DNA of 54,206 nucleotides from a virus (lineage: Duplodnaviria > Caudoviricetes): positions 1-54,206 of the IMG/VR virus record IMGVR_UViG_3300030104_006890. One strand, 5' to 3'. This document shows, piece after piece, positions 1 to 10,337 of the stretch. Both the position numbers and the translations under genes were made by a program. The notes under the pieces were generated by a model. It ran no database searches and had not been told where the DNA came from. It saw nothing but the letters and a program-made list of their open reading frames with translations. Within the stretch, counting starts at the first letter, position 1. The number at the start of each line of letters is the position of its first letter.

Positions 1-1
1 T

Positions 2-1972
2 ATTTAGATTATCAGCGTAGACACCATCGTATTGTTTTACAACTTTGGGTATACCTTTTCTAACTCTAATAAATTTCATTATATATAAATCTTTACCTCT
101 ATCTAAATCGATAGCAACATGAGTGATACTTTTTGAGTTTCTACCAATCTTCATCATTAAACCATCTTTACCTATTGACATTTGTTTTGCACCAGTCATC
201 ATGATAAATTTGTTACCACCTAATTGTCTTAATAGTGTTTTTGCCTGTGATTGGTTTAGTCTTTCATTTACAGATTCTTTAATTTTCTTACCACCCATTT
301 GTTTATAAATCTTTATTAGATTTTTAAGATGGTCTTCATCTCTGGCATTAGTAACTCTACCTTGCTTTTTAATTTTCTTTTGGAACATCTTAATAGCATC
401 TTCTAACTTTTTAAGTTCCATACCAGCTTCATTCACACCTTCTTTCTTAGATTTTAATATTTTTTTCTTTTCTTTGTCTTTGGATATTTTTTTGATTTTT
501 TTCATCAAGTTAGGACCTGCTGGTTCTTCACCAATCTTTCCATCTATACCGTAACCACAAGTTCCTTCATTTAAATTCTTTTTCATATACTTTAATTGCA
601 ATTCCATATAATTTGCAACCTCAAGAAAATCTTCTTCATTTTGTTGTCTGTGATATTTCTGTAGATTTTTTACTTCTCTGCCAAGAATTGTAATAAACTT
701 TTTAGACATGTTCCAACCCTTTGGAGATACGGCTTCGTCTACAGATTCTTGTTTTGATTTTGCATAAGCAATTGCATTTCTAAGTCTTTGAATTTCTTCT
801 TCATCTCTATAACTTTTATTAGGTTTTGCAACCAATTTATCTAATTGTCTTTGGTTATATTGAATTATAGAAGCAGTTCTATCTTCATCCACAGATTCTT
901 TAATTTTCTTTCCACCTTTACTCTTAATGATTTTTGCTATCTTTGGATTTTTATTTTTTATTGACCAGGTCATTTTGTTAAAATCAGGCTTTCCTTTAAA
1001 TCCAGCTCTAGCCAATAACGCATCAAGTTCATCCAAGTCTTTGTTGGTGCTACCTCGTTTGAGTTTATATACGGCTTCAGTTACATCTTCTTTCTTAATA
1101 CAATTTCTATATCTCTTACCAAACATAATTTTTGTCTTACGAGTAGGATGAGTCATATATCCTTTTTGACAAGCCTCACATAAACATAAATCTTCTAAAA
1201 TGGTATCGACATATTCATCTATTTCTTTTTTAAGAAACTTATCTTTAATTCTTTGAAAAATACTTTTAGCTTTTTTGTGAGCAGCAGGATCTTTTTCCGC
1301 ATAAGATTTGTTTTTTGCCGTCATGACTGACACTTTTTTTCCATTTTTATTTTGTACAACGATTCTTTGTGCAGCAGCTATGGCAGCTGGGTTTTCATTA
1401 ATTACACTTTCTTTTTTCAAACGACTCTTTTCAGCTCGTCCTCTGTTTGTTGACTCTTTTTCAAATCCCACTATCTTTCCTCCCTTATGAGAAGCGTCTT
1501 TTCCATCTCCATTCCCATAAGTACCTTTTTGTCTGTTGTATTTATTTAACTCAGCTCTGTATTTTTTGGCTTTTGTTGATGATTGAAATTTTTTGTATTC
1601 TGCTTTATAATCTCTATCAGCAGCCTCACCTAACTTACTCATCCATTCTAAACCAGGAATCTCTATGTCTTTTACTTTGAATTTTTTCTCAAATTCTTTT
1701 TTAGCATTTGATATCTTTTTTAAATGAGGTGGAAGTTCACCTGTTTTATCAAACTCATCTCTCATCTTTTTAATTTGTGATTTGGATAAGGATTCTTTTT
1801 TGACAGGTAAATCATCGTGTTTGGTTTTAGCATATTTCTTCACACTACTCTTTTTCATTTTTTTGGCAGCATCTTGAGCAGCTTTGGAAAATTTACCAGC
1901 AGGTTGTTCACCCTTTTGGATTGACCGAACAATTCCCATGAACTTTTGTTGTTTCTTGGAAACCGATGGCAT
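2..1972 (-). CDS. Partial (3'-truncated) Lys-rich modular head/internal polyprotein, more than 650 aa
   Basis: ATG at 1972, just after the protease stop (1974-1976). The frame stays open to the window edge (MPSVSKKQQKFMGIVRS...GVYADNLN), so the ORF track omits it. Short basic modules are separated by ESVNE/ESVDE/EGVNE/LNE linkers. Confidence 0.85.
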   Translation of the reverse strand, partial: MPSVSKKQQKFMGIVRSIQKGEQPAGKFSKAAQDAAKKMKKSSVKKYAKTKHDDLPVKKESLSKSQIKKMRDEFDKTGELPPHLKKISNAKKEFEKKFKVKDIEIPGLEWMSKLGEAADRDYKAEYKKFQSSTKAKKYRAELNKYNRQKGTYGNGDGKDASHKGGKIVGFEKESTNRGRAEKSRLKKESVINENPAAIAAAQRIVVQNKNGKKVSVMTAKNKSYAEKDPAAHKKAKSIFQRIKDKFLKKEIDEYVDTILEDLCLCEACQKGYMTHPTRKTKIMFGKRYRNCIKKEDVTEAVYKLKRGSTNKDLDELDALLARAGFKGKPDFNKMTWSIKNKNPKIAKIIKSKGGKKIKESVDEDRTASIIQYNQRQLDKLVAKPNKSYRDEEEIQRLRNAIAYAKSKQESVDEAVSPKGWNMSKKFITILGREVKNLQKYHRQQNEEDFLEVANYMELQLKYMKKNLNEGTCGYGIDGKIGEEPAGPNLMKKIKKISKDKEKKKILKSKKEGVNEAGMELKKLEDAIKMFQKKIKKQGRVTNARDEDHLKNLIKIYKQMGGKKIKESVNERLNQSQAKTLLRQLGGNKFIMMTGAKQMSIGKDGLMMKIGRNSKSITHVAIDLDRGKDLYIMKFIRVRKGIPKVVKQYDGVYADNLN

Positions 1973-1973
1973 T

Positions 1974-2576
1974 TTATCCCCTCATTATTGAGTTGATAAT
2001 AGATTCGATTTTTGTTTCAGGTTTTTGTTTTTCCACACCTTCGTTAACTGGTCTCATAAAAGCACCATGTGTAGATGGATTAGATACAAAGTCAAAAGCA
2101 ATAAGTTCAAAGTCTGGTTGAACTTCAACAGTTCCATCCTCACCATTCTTTTCATTTACTGGTTCTACACTACCTAATCCTCTTGATGAAATACCAAGTT
2201 TGATACCTGATTTAAACAACTCTTTTAATATATTTCCACTTGGTGTGGACAGAACTTCTACAGTTCCTAAAAGGTCATCACCATCCCAATGCATCTCAAT
2301 AACATTATGTGACGCATTATTTAAATTAACTACAGAAGATTCTGGATGGTCGAGTTCACCGAGTGCTCTTCGTTCAGCTACCTGTTCTTCTAAATACTTA
2401 GAAACTTCTTTTAATAATACTTCTCGTGGGTAAACTCGTCCATTTTGATTTTTTGATTCGGCTCTTTGTAATACACCCTTTACTACTAAACGACCATCAT
2501 TTTCTTTGATACTCTCGTCAATTTTCTGACGAGATATTTCAAATGGTCTTACATCTACTAATAATTTTTTATTCAT
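1974..2576 (-). CDS. Prohead core protease (T4 gp21-like)
   Basis: NQNGRVYP, GELDHP, GISSRG and DFVSNPS motifs typical of T4 gp21; lies in the head module. Confidence 0.95.
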   Translation of the reverse strand: MNKKLLVDVRPFEISRQKIDESIKENDGRLVVKGVLQRAESKNQNGRVYPREVLLKEVSKYLEEQVAERRALGELDHPESSVVNLNNASHNVIEMHWDGDDLLGTVEVLSTPSGNILKELFKSGIKLGISSRGLGSVEPVNEKNGEDGTVEVQPDFELIAFDFVSNPSTHGAFMRPVNEGVEKQKPETKIESIINSIMRG

Positions 2577-2590
2577 TTTAAGTTCCTATG

Positions 2591-2803
2591 TTATGATAAA
2601 GCAGCAGTTTTTACCCAAGCCGTCCCATTGTAAATAAAAATTTTATTACTCTCTTGACTAAATGTCATTGTACCGGCAACAGGATTAGATACTTGTGCCA
2701 GAGCATCTGTTGCAAAAACAGCAATACCTGCAGAATTCTGTGAATTAGTTTGCTTTGGTATTTGTTTTTTAGGGTTATTTGGATCTGCTTGATACCTTGG
2801 CAT
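2591..2803 (-). CDS. Small hypothetical, probably virion-associated protein
   Basis: 70 aa ORF coupled by a TAATG overlap; GTMTF...IFIYNGTAW resembles short fibre/decoration beta-motifs. Confidence 0.65.
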   Translation of the reverse strand: MPRYQADPNNPKKQIPKQTNSQNSAGIAVFATDALAQVSNPVAGTMTFSQESNKIFIYNGTAWVKTAALS

Positions 2804-3114
2804 TATTTACCTCCCCACGAGCTTCGTTTTACCCAAATATCAAATAAGATATCGGATACTTCTTTTCTTATTTCTTTCTTTATCTTTTTGATATCATCAT
2901 TAGATAAAGCTTCATCAACAAACTTATATCCAGTTTGTTTCTCAATACTTTTCTTCCTCTTCTTTTTCATCCCTTTCTTACTAAAAGCATAAGGTGTCAT
3001 TATAGGATCTATACTGGCAGTTGTAGTTATTTCACTTAACTTCTTTTGATATAACTTATTTGCCAGTTCCTTAACTATGGAATCAAACTTTATTGAGTTC
3101 TTTATCGAGTTCAT
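2803..3114 (-). CDS. Hypothetical basic head-module protein
   Basis: 103 aa, Lys-rich, with LSE and VDE motifs; lies between portal and protease. Confidence 0.7.
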   Translation of the reverse strand: MNSIKNSIKFDSIVKELANKLYQKKLSEITTTASIDPIMTPYAFSKKGMKKKRKKSIEKQTGYKFVDEALSNDDIKKIKKEIRKEVSDILFDIWVKRSSWGGK

Positions 3115-3928
3115 AATATCTCAACAGTTGAACAACAGAATTATCATCTGTTTGTCTTGATTCATTTAAACAAAATTTATCAACACAGTTGATTGCCTCT
3201 TGTAATTTAATTTTCAATACTTTATCTTTTACTTTCTTAACTTTACCATTTAACTTGTTTTTAAGTTTTGGTATTTGTGTTTCTACAAATATAGAAAAGT
3301 TATTGGTATTGGAAATATTACTAATATATTCTTTAAGAACATGTTTTTGTTCATCTGAAAGATTAGTATATTTTTTATTGAACTTTTCTAAAAGTGTTTT
3401 ATAAGAAAGTATTCTTAAATCTTTATCTTTAAATTCTTCAGGTATATAAGATTTATTTTTCTTATGTTTTAAAGTCGTTACATTTTCTATTATTATAAAG
3501 TAACTTTCAGTTTTTTCATCAGCTCCCATTTCATTGATACCTTCAAATAATTTGTATATAGAAGCAAACACTTTGTAATTTGGAACTTTAGAACTGAATA
3601 ATTGATTTACATCATAACATTCTTTTATAGAGGCAATAATGTTATACTTCTCCCTACGAAGAGTCGCATTATTTAATTTGCCTCTTTGTCTAATCACCTC
3701 TGATAAAAAGAAATCAGCTTTTTTATCTGATTTAAATTTTTTAGTCATGACGAGATTATATAGAGCCAACTCTTTACCTATTTCGGTATGTTCATTAAAT
3801 TGTTTTTTAATTATTTTAAGAGCTGAAGATTCCTTTTTTTTGTTCAAAACATCTACGGTTACTTGTCTTAAAAGGAATTCAAAGAGAAGTCCCGTATTTC
3901 TTAACTTACTATGTTTAAATTTACTCAT
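3083..3928 (-). CDS. Hypothetical helical head-module protein (281 aa)
   Basis: Long ORF downstream of the portal gene. Start moved to the ATG at 3928 (MSKFKHSK). Confidence 0.8.
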   Translation of the reverse strand: MSKFKHSKLRNTGLLFEFLLRQVTVDVLNKKKESSALKIIKKQFNEHTEIGKELALYNLVMTKKFKSDKKADFFLSEVIRQRGKLNNATLRREKYNIIASIKECYDVNQLFSSKVPNYKVFASIYKLFEGINEMGADEKTESYFIIIENVTTLKHKKNKSYIPEEFKDKDLRILSYKTLLEKFNKKYTNLSDEQKHVLKEYISNISNTNNFSIFVETQIPKLKNKLNGKVKKVKDKVLKIKLQEAINCVDKFCLNESRQTDDNSVVQLLRYYELDKELNKV

Positions 3929-3964
3929 AGAATATTCCAAAGTGTTATGATACAATTATTCATA

Positions 3965-3972
3965 TATAAATA
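3965..3972 (-). promoter_or_regulatory. Putative late promoter TATTTATA
   Basis: Intergenic; the same motif recurs upstream of several operon starts on the coding strand. Confidence 0.6.
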
Positions 3973-3998
3973 TAACATAATTTAGATTAAATAGAAAA

Positions 3999-5759
3999 TT
4001 ACTCTTTTATTATATTATCTTCACTTAACATAGATGGTTTCTTTTTAGGAAACTTATCCTTAAGTTGATCTAATATACCCTCACGAGCAACTACTGTACT
4101 GGCTTTTGATGTGGCAAGAGGTGATTTACCTTTAAATTCTCTTTTTCCATATGACCTATCAACATCTTTTAGATTTTCGTGACCATATTTATCTTTCATT
4201 GTTTCTTTGTCTTTGAAAAGATCTTTTTCACTACCACCCCATTCACCCTTTCTACTTACTTCAAAATCATCTTCTTCTTCACCTTCTTCTTCAGGTGGTT
4301 CTGTAGCAGGATCTTTACCCTCTGCTTCAATTTGCTCTAGTCTGAACTTTTGTTTTGTGTCTTCTACAATACCTTCATAGATGTTAATCTTTTGTTCATC
4401 ACTCAAATCAAAGATATTGTCATATATCCACTTACGACTAAATAATTTACTGTCAATTGCAGTTTGTGCAATATCTAATTGTTGATTCATTAACTCTAAT
4501 TTTTCTTGTTCGTGAATCATGGACGGATTTTGTAGTTCTAATGTGAAATCAATTAAATCTGAGTCATTAAATCCTTGTGAGTAAAGATGGACAATACCAA
4601 TTTTAGTCAATTCACTAACAATAATCTTTTGTAACCTTTCGATTGTTCTAGCAAAACGAACATCCTCAGCAGCAAGTGTAGCTTTACCACCACTCAGACC
4701 TTCTTCATATCCTAAAAAAGCTTTTGGAATACGAAGACTTGCCATTAACTTATTTCGTAGATATTCAATATCTTCTATTTGGTCATTATTTGAAAGACCT
4801 GGTAAAGTGTCAATCTCAGTTCCACTATCCCCACCACGAACAGGTAAGAAGTAATCTTCTGTAACTGACTCTACATTATATTTCAAATTATACTCGCCTG
4901 TGTTTTGGTCTATGACAGGTGTCTTTTTCATCTTGTTGATAATTCGTTGCATAAATTGCTCAACTTCTCTTGGTGGGATATTCCCAACATCGACCTTAAA
5001 AACTCTTTTTTCGGGCGCCCTCATAATTCGATGTATCAACATGGCATCTTCCATCAAAGTCAATTGTTTGTATATTTTTCTTCCGTTTTCTAACATTGAG
5101 CGCCCGTATGGTAAAAAGTTTGTATCTGATAAAACACGAAAGTGAGCCATCTCATAATTTTCTTTTATTTCTTTTTTCTCCATATTAATTTCAAATTGAA
5201 TCAATTGTGGATTTTGAGGATCATGGTCTTCTAATCGTGTAATATCATAGGCACTAATTGGTTTGACATTTACAACACCATACTTATCAACTATATCTAG
5301 CTGAAGATAAAAATCACCATACTTGGTCATATTACGAATCCAACTCCATAAATTATATTCAATGTTTATTACATCATAATATAAGTTGTGTAAAATCTTT
5401 TGGACTTTTGTGTTTTCACTTTTTACTTTTAAAATTTCTCCCTCAATATTTGTAACCGTACTTTCGTCTGAATATATGTCGAGAGCAGATGCAATAATCG
5501 GGTCTTGGTCCATCAACTCGTAATCTTTGAATAGGTCATGTTTCCTAATCTCGTATGCTGCTCGTCTATTTTGTGCAACCGAATAAGGATTCGAGTATGT
5601 GTTTTGTATTAACCTCTGATATCGGTCAATAAAGTTTGATGTTAAACTTGTCTGTGTAAAGTCTAAATCCTTCACCACCAAACGATTATCATCTGTCTTT
5701 CTAATGATTACATTAGATTGAAATAATCTTCCAAGTCTTGTAAATAAATTATCTGCCAT
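3999..5759 (-). CDS. Portal protein (T4 gp20-like)
   Basis: LMEDAMLIHRIMRAPEKRVFKVDVGN, EDYFLPVRG and TEIDTLPG motifs of the gp20 family; next to the terminase. Confidence 0.95.
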   Translation of the reverse strand: MADNLFTRLGRLFQSNVIIRKTDDNRLVVKDLDFTQTSLTSNFIDRYQRLIQNTYSNPYSVAQNRRAAYEIRKHDLFKDYELMDQDPIIASALDIYSDESTVTNIEGEILKVKSENTKVQKILHNLYYDVINIEYNLWSWIRNMTKYGDFYLQLDIVDKYGVVNVKPISAYDITRLEDHDPQNPQLIQFEINMEKKEIKENYEMAHFRVLSDTNFLPYGRSMLENGRKIYKQLTLMEDAMLIHRIMRAPEKRVFKVDVGNIPPREVEQFMQRIINKMKKTPVIDQNTGEYNLKYNVESVTEDYFLPVRGGDSGTEIDTLPGLSNNDQIEDIEYLRNKLMASLRIPKAFLGYEEGLSGGKATLAAEDVRFARTIERLQKIIVSELTKIGIVHLYSQGFNDSDLIDFTLELQNPSMIHEQEKLELMNQQLDIAQTAIDSKLFSRKWIYDNIFDLSDEQKINIYEGIVEDTKQKFRLEQIEAEGKDPATEPPEEEGEEEDDFEVSRKGEWGGSEKDLFKDKETMKDKYGHENLKDVDRSYGKREFKGKSPLATSKASTVVAREGILDQLKDKFPKKKPSMLSEDNIIKE

Positions 5760-5762
5760 GTT

Positions 5763-7343
5763 TTACCCCAATAGCCAACTTAAATCTTCTTCTTCACCGT
5801 TCTTAAGTTTTACCTTATACGGATTGTTTTTAGGAACAGATGGTGTCATCACAGTTGTGTTACCATTAAGGTTTCCGATTGCACCAACTAAACTACTCTG
5901 AAACTCATTTCTTTCTGATTGAATACGAATAGCCGTATCCCTTATCCACAGAAGAATAGAATATGACATAACAAGGTCATCGTTATATCCCTCAAGAGCT
6001 TCGGTTTTACTATTCTTATATATAAATACAAAGAGTTCATCAATTAATCGTGTAGATTTTATTTTAACCATTTTTTCACGAGTATATTCTTCCATTTTAG
6101 CGATAATTAATGGTTTTGATTTCATTGTTGTAGTAAAACCTGGTATCTTGTTCCTATCTATACTTCTATATTTGTTTGTGTGTTGAATGTCCTCATCTAC
6201 AATTAGATGATTCTTTTCTTGATAAAAAAGATTTTCATATCCCCTATCAATGATAGTCTGTAAAGTTGCCCACCCTATGTTGTTGTTTTCTACAACAAGT
6301 AGAGCATCGTTATATTTAGTTGCCAGTTCTATTAGAAAATTTCCAAACTCGGTTGTCCCTAACTGACCTTTATATTCAGCAACTTGTTCCATCTCTTCTA
6401 TATCAAAAACTTGTGCAGCTGAGTAATCCGTTCCATCTCCACGAGCTACATCAGCACATATTAAATAATTTTTATCATAATTTGGATAATCCCATATCCA
6501 AAGGTTTCTGTCAAACCCACTCTTTTCATTTGGTTCACAACATAAGTTTTCTTTGTACCATTCTAATATAGCAGGATCGACAACAGAACGACCAGAACTT
6601 AAGAAGTCGGCATCACACTCTTGAGCTGCCTTACTTGGTCCTAATATTCTATCTTGTTCTCTTCTCCACTCCTCATCTCTTTCAGGATGGTCTGTCCAAT
6701 GAAGTTTGACAGTATTAAATTTATTTAAACCATCTGTCGCATCCATCCAAGTTTTATGAAACCAATTACCAACACCATTAGGTGTAGATATAGCAATACA
6801 TTTACCACCAGTAGCAAGTGTCTGTTGAGCAGCAGTCCATATCGTATCAATTCTGTCAATAAAAGCAGCCTCATCTAATATTAGTAATGATAGAGCTTCT
6901 GAACGACCAGCTGATTCGTTAGAAGCAATTGCCTTTATCTGTGAACCATTCTTAAATACTAATGATAACTTATTGTTTTCAACGATAGCAGTTTTTAACC
7001 ATTGTGGTAATCCATCATACATCACACGAACTTTTGTTACTAAATTCTTTGCCGTGTCTTTTGCAGTAGCAATACATAAAATATTTTTATCTGCATTAAA
7101 CAACATCATCCAAAGTGAATACGCAGCAGTAAGTGTGGATATACCCAATTGACGAGATTTCAGAATAACATTATAGTCATTCTCAGCATACTCATCTAAT
7201 ACATCATACTGATAAGGATAAAGTTTAAATTTTATCTTACCCCTCTGAGGATGTTGTATCACACAAAACTCATTGATAAAGTATGAAGGATCTTTAGCAC
7301 ACTTTAGATAGTTTTGTTTTATTGCTTGTTTTAAATTACTCAT
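5763..7343 (-). CDS. Terminase large subunit (T4 gp17-like)
   Basis: KSRQLGIST Walker A-like, LILDEAAF Walker B and STPNG motif III; nuclease motifs DVARG and NDDLVM. Confidence 0.95.
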   Translation of the reverse strand: MSNLKQAIKQNYLKCAKDPSYFINEFCVIQHPQRGKIKFKLYPYQYDVLDEYAENDYNVILKSRQLGISTLTAAYSLWMMLFNADKNILCIATAKDTAKNLVTKVRVMYDGLPQWLKTAIVENNKLSLVFKNGSQIKAIASNESAGRSEALSLLILDEAAFIDRIDTIWTAAQQTLATGGKCIAISTPNGVGNWFHKTWMDATDGLNKFNTVKLHWTDHPERDEEWRREQDRILGPSKAAQECDADFLSSGRSVVDPAILEWYKENLCCEPNEKSGFDRNLWIWDYPNYDKNYLICADVARGDGTDYSAAQVFDIEEMEQVAEYKGQLGTTEFGNFLIELATKYNDALLVVENNNIGWATLQTIIDRGYENLFYQEKNHLIVDEDIQHTNKYRSIDRNKIPGFTTTMKSKPLIIAKMEEYTREKMVKIKSTRLIDELFVFIYKNSKTEALEGYNDDLVMSYSILLWIRDTAIRIQSERNEFQSSLVGAIGNLNGNTTVMTPSVPKNNPYKVKLKNGEEEDLSWLLG

Positions 7344-7801
7344 TTTCTATGTTCATGGTTTGCAATAGCATTTGCTACAGTTTTATCAAATGCACCTTTA
7401 CTCTCATTTTGTAAATTCATTTCTTGTTCATATTCAGCAAGCACAGATTCCCATCTTTTAGTTTCCATATCTTTAACCCAATCTTCCCACTTTCCTTCTC
7501 TTTTTAATTTCATCTCAAAGTCAATCTGACAGTATTTACACCTACCCATCCTATCATATGTCTGTTGGTCGATTGTTTTTAGTATAAGCTTTTCACAATC
7601 ATTACATTTATCAAATCCTCTTGGTGGTATTTTTGTAATTTGTTTTCTTTCACCATCTTCTATTTTCCAACTACGACCACGAGCATCTGTCCACTCTTCT
7701 CCTTCTTTTCTCTGTTGAACTGTCTTACCCTCATATCCAGTTTGTATGGGACGATTATAAATCCCCTTTACCATCTTTTGAATTTTTTCTATGTTACTCA
7801 T
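7340..7801 (-). CDS. Hypothetical protein with CxxC...CxxC zinc ribbon
   Basis: CNDC and CKYC pairs; ATGA overlap with the terminase gene. Confidence 0.75.
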   Translation of the reverse strand: MSNIEKIQKMVKGIYNRPIQTGYEGKTVQQRKEGEEWTDARGRSWKIEDGERKQITKIPPRGFDKCNDCEKLILKTIDQQTYDRMGRCKYCQIDFEMKLKREGKWEDWVKDMETKRWESVLAEYEQEMNLQNESKGAFDKTVANAIANHEHRK

Positions 7802-7811
7802 AACCTTATCC

Positions 7812-10337
7812 TTAAAAAAACATTAAACCTGTTATTTGATTTATAGGAGCAAACGCACCCGTAAACTTGTATGTGTTTCCATTATACTTGAATACGATTC
7901 CCTCACTTGGAACGATAGCATCAAACCCACCTATAGCATTTAATCTGTCCAACTGAACTTTTAATCTGTTTAGTTTTTTTAAATTACCACCAGCTCTTAC
8001 ATCCGAGATTGCTTTCTTGAGTTTTTTTCTCATGTTCTGAACTGACTTTGCTGGATTTACAGCCATCCACCCATCCATGTTTTTCATTATTTCAGCACCG
8101 ACCTCAAAGAACAACTCCTCAAATGGTTTCATGTTGTCCTTGACCATCCTGTTTTTATCAACCTTATCGGTGGTTAATGCCCAATCTAAAAACTTTGGAT
8201 TATCTTTCATATCTTTTTTCATCATGGGTATGGTGTATGATTTATCAAAGAATGCCCATCGTTTTGTTAACTTGACCAACATCTCATTTGTGATTTTAAA
8301 TTTAAATTGTTTAGCAGCGTTAAAAATAAACTCTTGCCAATACATCTGATGGTATAAACCGAAAGTATCATTGTCTTTTAACGAATAAGTATTTTGTAAT
8401 TTTTGTAACCTACCGATGTATTTCTTTTTCATCTTACCAAAGTCTTGATGTTTAGGAACTGTTACAAAGTTTGGTTTAGATATCTTGTAGTGTTTTTGAA
8501 CATGTTGATTGACCTGTTTTATCATACCTTGTAGCATTCTAGCACTATCTTTTGCTTGTCCTATTACCCTTCCACTATCATCATATTCCATCGCTCCATG
8601 AAAAACTAATTCTGTAATATCATAGTTTACCACATTCTCACTAGCAGGCCACATTACTTCTAAACTCATGAACTTACTACCATTACCAAATATCTTGTCT
8701 TGTTGTTTTTTAGATAGTGCACCGATAGCTTTTGTTAAATCTCTCATGGCATAAACAAACGCGTCTCTAATAGCACCACGACCTTTAAACTTTCTCTCTA
8801 CAGCTTTTATATCTAAGGCAGTCTCACCTTTGTTTTTTAAATGACCTTTGTTACGAGCAGCAATCAACTTACCATTTTTATAACTAACCATTAGGTTTTG
8901 ACCATCTGTTTTTTCGGTAACATTGTCTTCTCTGTTTAACTGACCACTCAATCCCAATGTTATGATTTTCTTCAAATCACCGAATGTTAAATCCTTGTCA
9001 TCAAAAGGATGACTCATGTGTCCGTATGCTCCTCCCATTAATAATAACTCCTTTCCATTTCTTGGTAAATCACTTGTAAGTGATAACACCTCTTTTACAA
9101 TTTCTAATTTATCATGTTGTTCCTCACCAGTTCTAAGTTCAGTATCTTCTGGTTGTTCATCATCTATTACCTTTAATGTTTCAGGTGAATCATCAATCGT
9201 TATTTTTCTTGCTTTCTTCATAGGATCTATGTAATCATATTCTTGATTAAATAGTATTTTATCAACATGGTCTAACCATTTATTCCACAACTCACTACCA
9301 ACAACATCTATGTCACTACCTGCAGCTGGTTCTCTAACACCAGCAGGTCCGTATGATACTGAGCCAATAGGACCATTTGGATATGCAGTATCCTTATAGA
9401 ATGATGTGTCTTGACTGTTATAAGCATCGGTATCAGTTATGAGATTTGCTAACTCCCAACCCAATCTACCAGCCTCTTTTTCAGCTCTATTCATATATGA
9501 TTTCAAACTTGAAAACATACCAGGACCATCGTCTGTATCTACACTTGCAATCTCACTCCCCTCAAATAGACCACGATAAACCTCGTATAATTTTTTAAAT
9601 TTATTCGTCATCATATTATACACACCTTTATCGAAATATCCAAATGTTTTTTTGAAAAATTTTATTCTTTCTTTATCATCTATGTTTGGATTACCCAACA
9701 TATCCCTTGTCTTTGTTCCACTTATATTTCCAAATTGGGGAGCAGTAACAAAGTATCCGTGTTCTTCAAACCCTCTTATATCACCTTTACTTTTTTTGTA
9801 ATCTTGATAATAAGTCTTACCACCACCCTTTTTAGTTCCAGCTTTCAAACGACCAGCATCTTTTTGACCGAAAGCATAAACTACTGCCGTGGTTTCAGGA
9901 TTAAACTTTTTAAGTAAATTAGTTGCCACATAAGGTGTCTTTTCTTCAATAATACGATTCTTAGGAATACCAACCTTTACCATGTGACGAACTTTTTCCT
10001 TGAAGTTCATTGGATGTCGTGGTGGTTTCTTAATATTACTTGTGGTTATATAGGCTTCATCAACTTGAGATGCCAACCATTTATATGTGGCAAGATGACC
10101 TGAGTGAAATGGTTGAAATCTACCACCAAATACACCGATAGTTTTTTTGATTTTGGTCGGTTGTTCATTTACTTTCTTATAACCACTACCATAAGGAACT
10201 GAGGTGTGTCCTTTCTTTTTCATTTTTTTTATTTTAGAATGTCTTGAACCACCTTTGATAGTTCCATCACTGGCAACAATGCCCATCTCGTCAATAACGG
10301 GTTTGGTTATTTCTTCTACTAGTTTTTTCAAACTCAT
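7812..10337 (-). CDS. Multidomain protein: HIGH-type cytidylyltransferase-like domain plus C-terminal ligase-like nucleotidyltransferase domain
   Basis: N-terminal GGRFQPFHSGH and ISGTKTR motifs; C-terminal EKTDG (KxDG) and EGIVFK...YK motifs. Confidence 0.75.
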   Translation of the reverse strand: MSLKKLVEEITKPVIDEMGIVASDGTIKGGSRHSKIKKMKKKGHTSVPYGSGYKKVNEQPTKIKKTIGVFGGRFQPFHSGHLATYKWLASQVDEAYITTSNIKKPPRHPMNFKEKVRHMVKVGIPKNRIIEEKTPYVATNLLKKFNPETTAVVYAFGQKDAGRLKAGTKKGGGKTYYQDYKKSKGDIRGFEEHGYFVTAPQFGNISGTKTRDMLGNPNIDDKERIKFFKKTFGYFDKGVYNMMTNKFKKLYEVYRGLFEGSEIASVDTDDGPGMFSSLKSYMNRAEKEAGRLGWELANLITDTDAYNSQDTSFYKDTAYPNGPIGSVSYGPAGVREPAAGSDIDVVGSELWNKWLDHVDKILFNQEYDYIDPMKKARKITIDDSPETLKVIDDEQPEDTELRTGEEQHDKLEIVKEVLSLTSDLPRNGKELLLMGGAYGHMSHPFDDKDLTFGDLKKIITLGLSGQLNREDNVTEKTDGQNLMVSYKNGKLIAARNKGHLKNKGETALDIKAVERKFKGRGAIRDAFVYAMRDLTKAIGALSKKQQDKIFGNGSKFMSLEVMWPASENVVNYDITELVFHGAMEYDDSGRVIGQAKDSARMLQGMIKQVNQHVQKHYKISKPNFVTVPKHQDFGKMKKKYIGRLQKLQNTYSLKDNDTFGLYHQMYWQEFIFNAAKQFKFKITNEMLVKLTKRWAFFDKSYTIPMMKKDMKDNPKFLDWALTTDKVDKNRMVKDNMKPFEELFFEVGAEIMKNMDGWMAVNPAKSVQNMRKKLKKAISDVRAGGNLKKLNRLKVQLDRLNAIGGFDAIVPSEGIVFKYNGNTYKFTGAFAPINQITGLMFF

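Noticed and set aside
6021-6028. TATTTATA motif inside the terminase gene, and another at 48349-48356
   Set aside because: The first is internal coding sequence (FVFIYK). The second lies in a gene end 1 nt from the next start codon. Both can arise by chance in AT-rich DNA.
7340-7801. Small terminase subunit call
   Set aside because: Position alone suggests it; no T4 gp16-like features were recognised.
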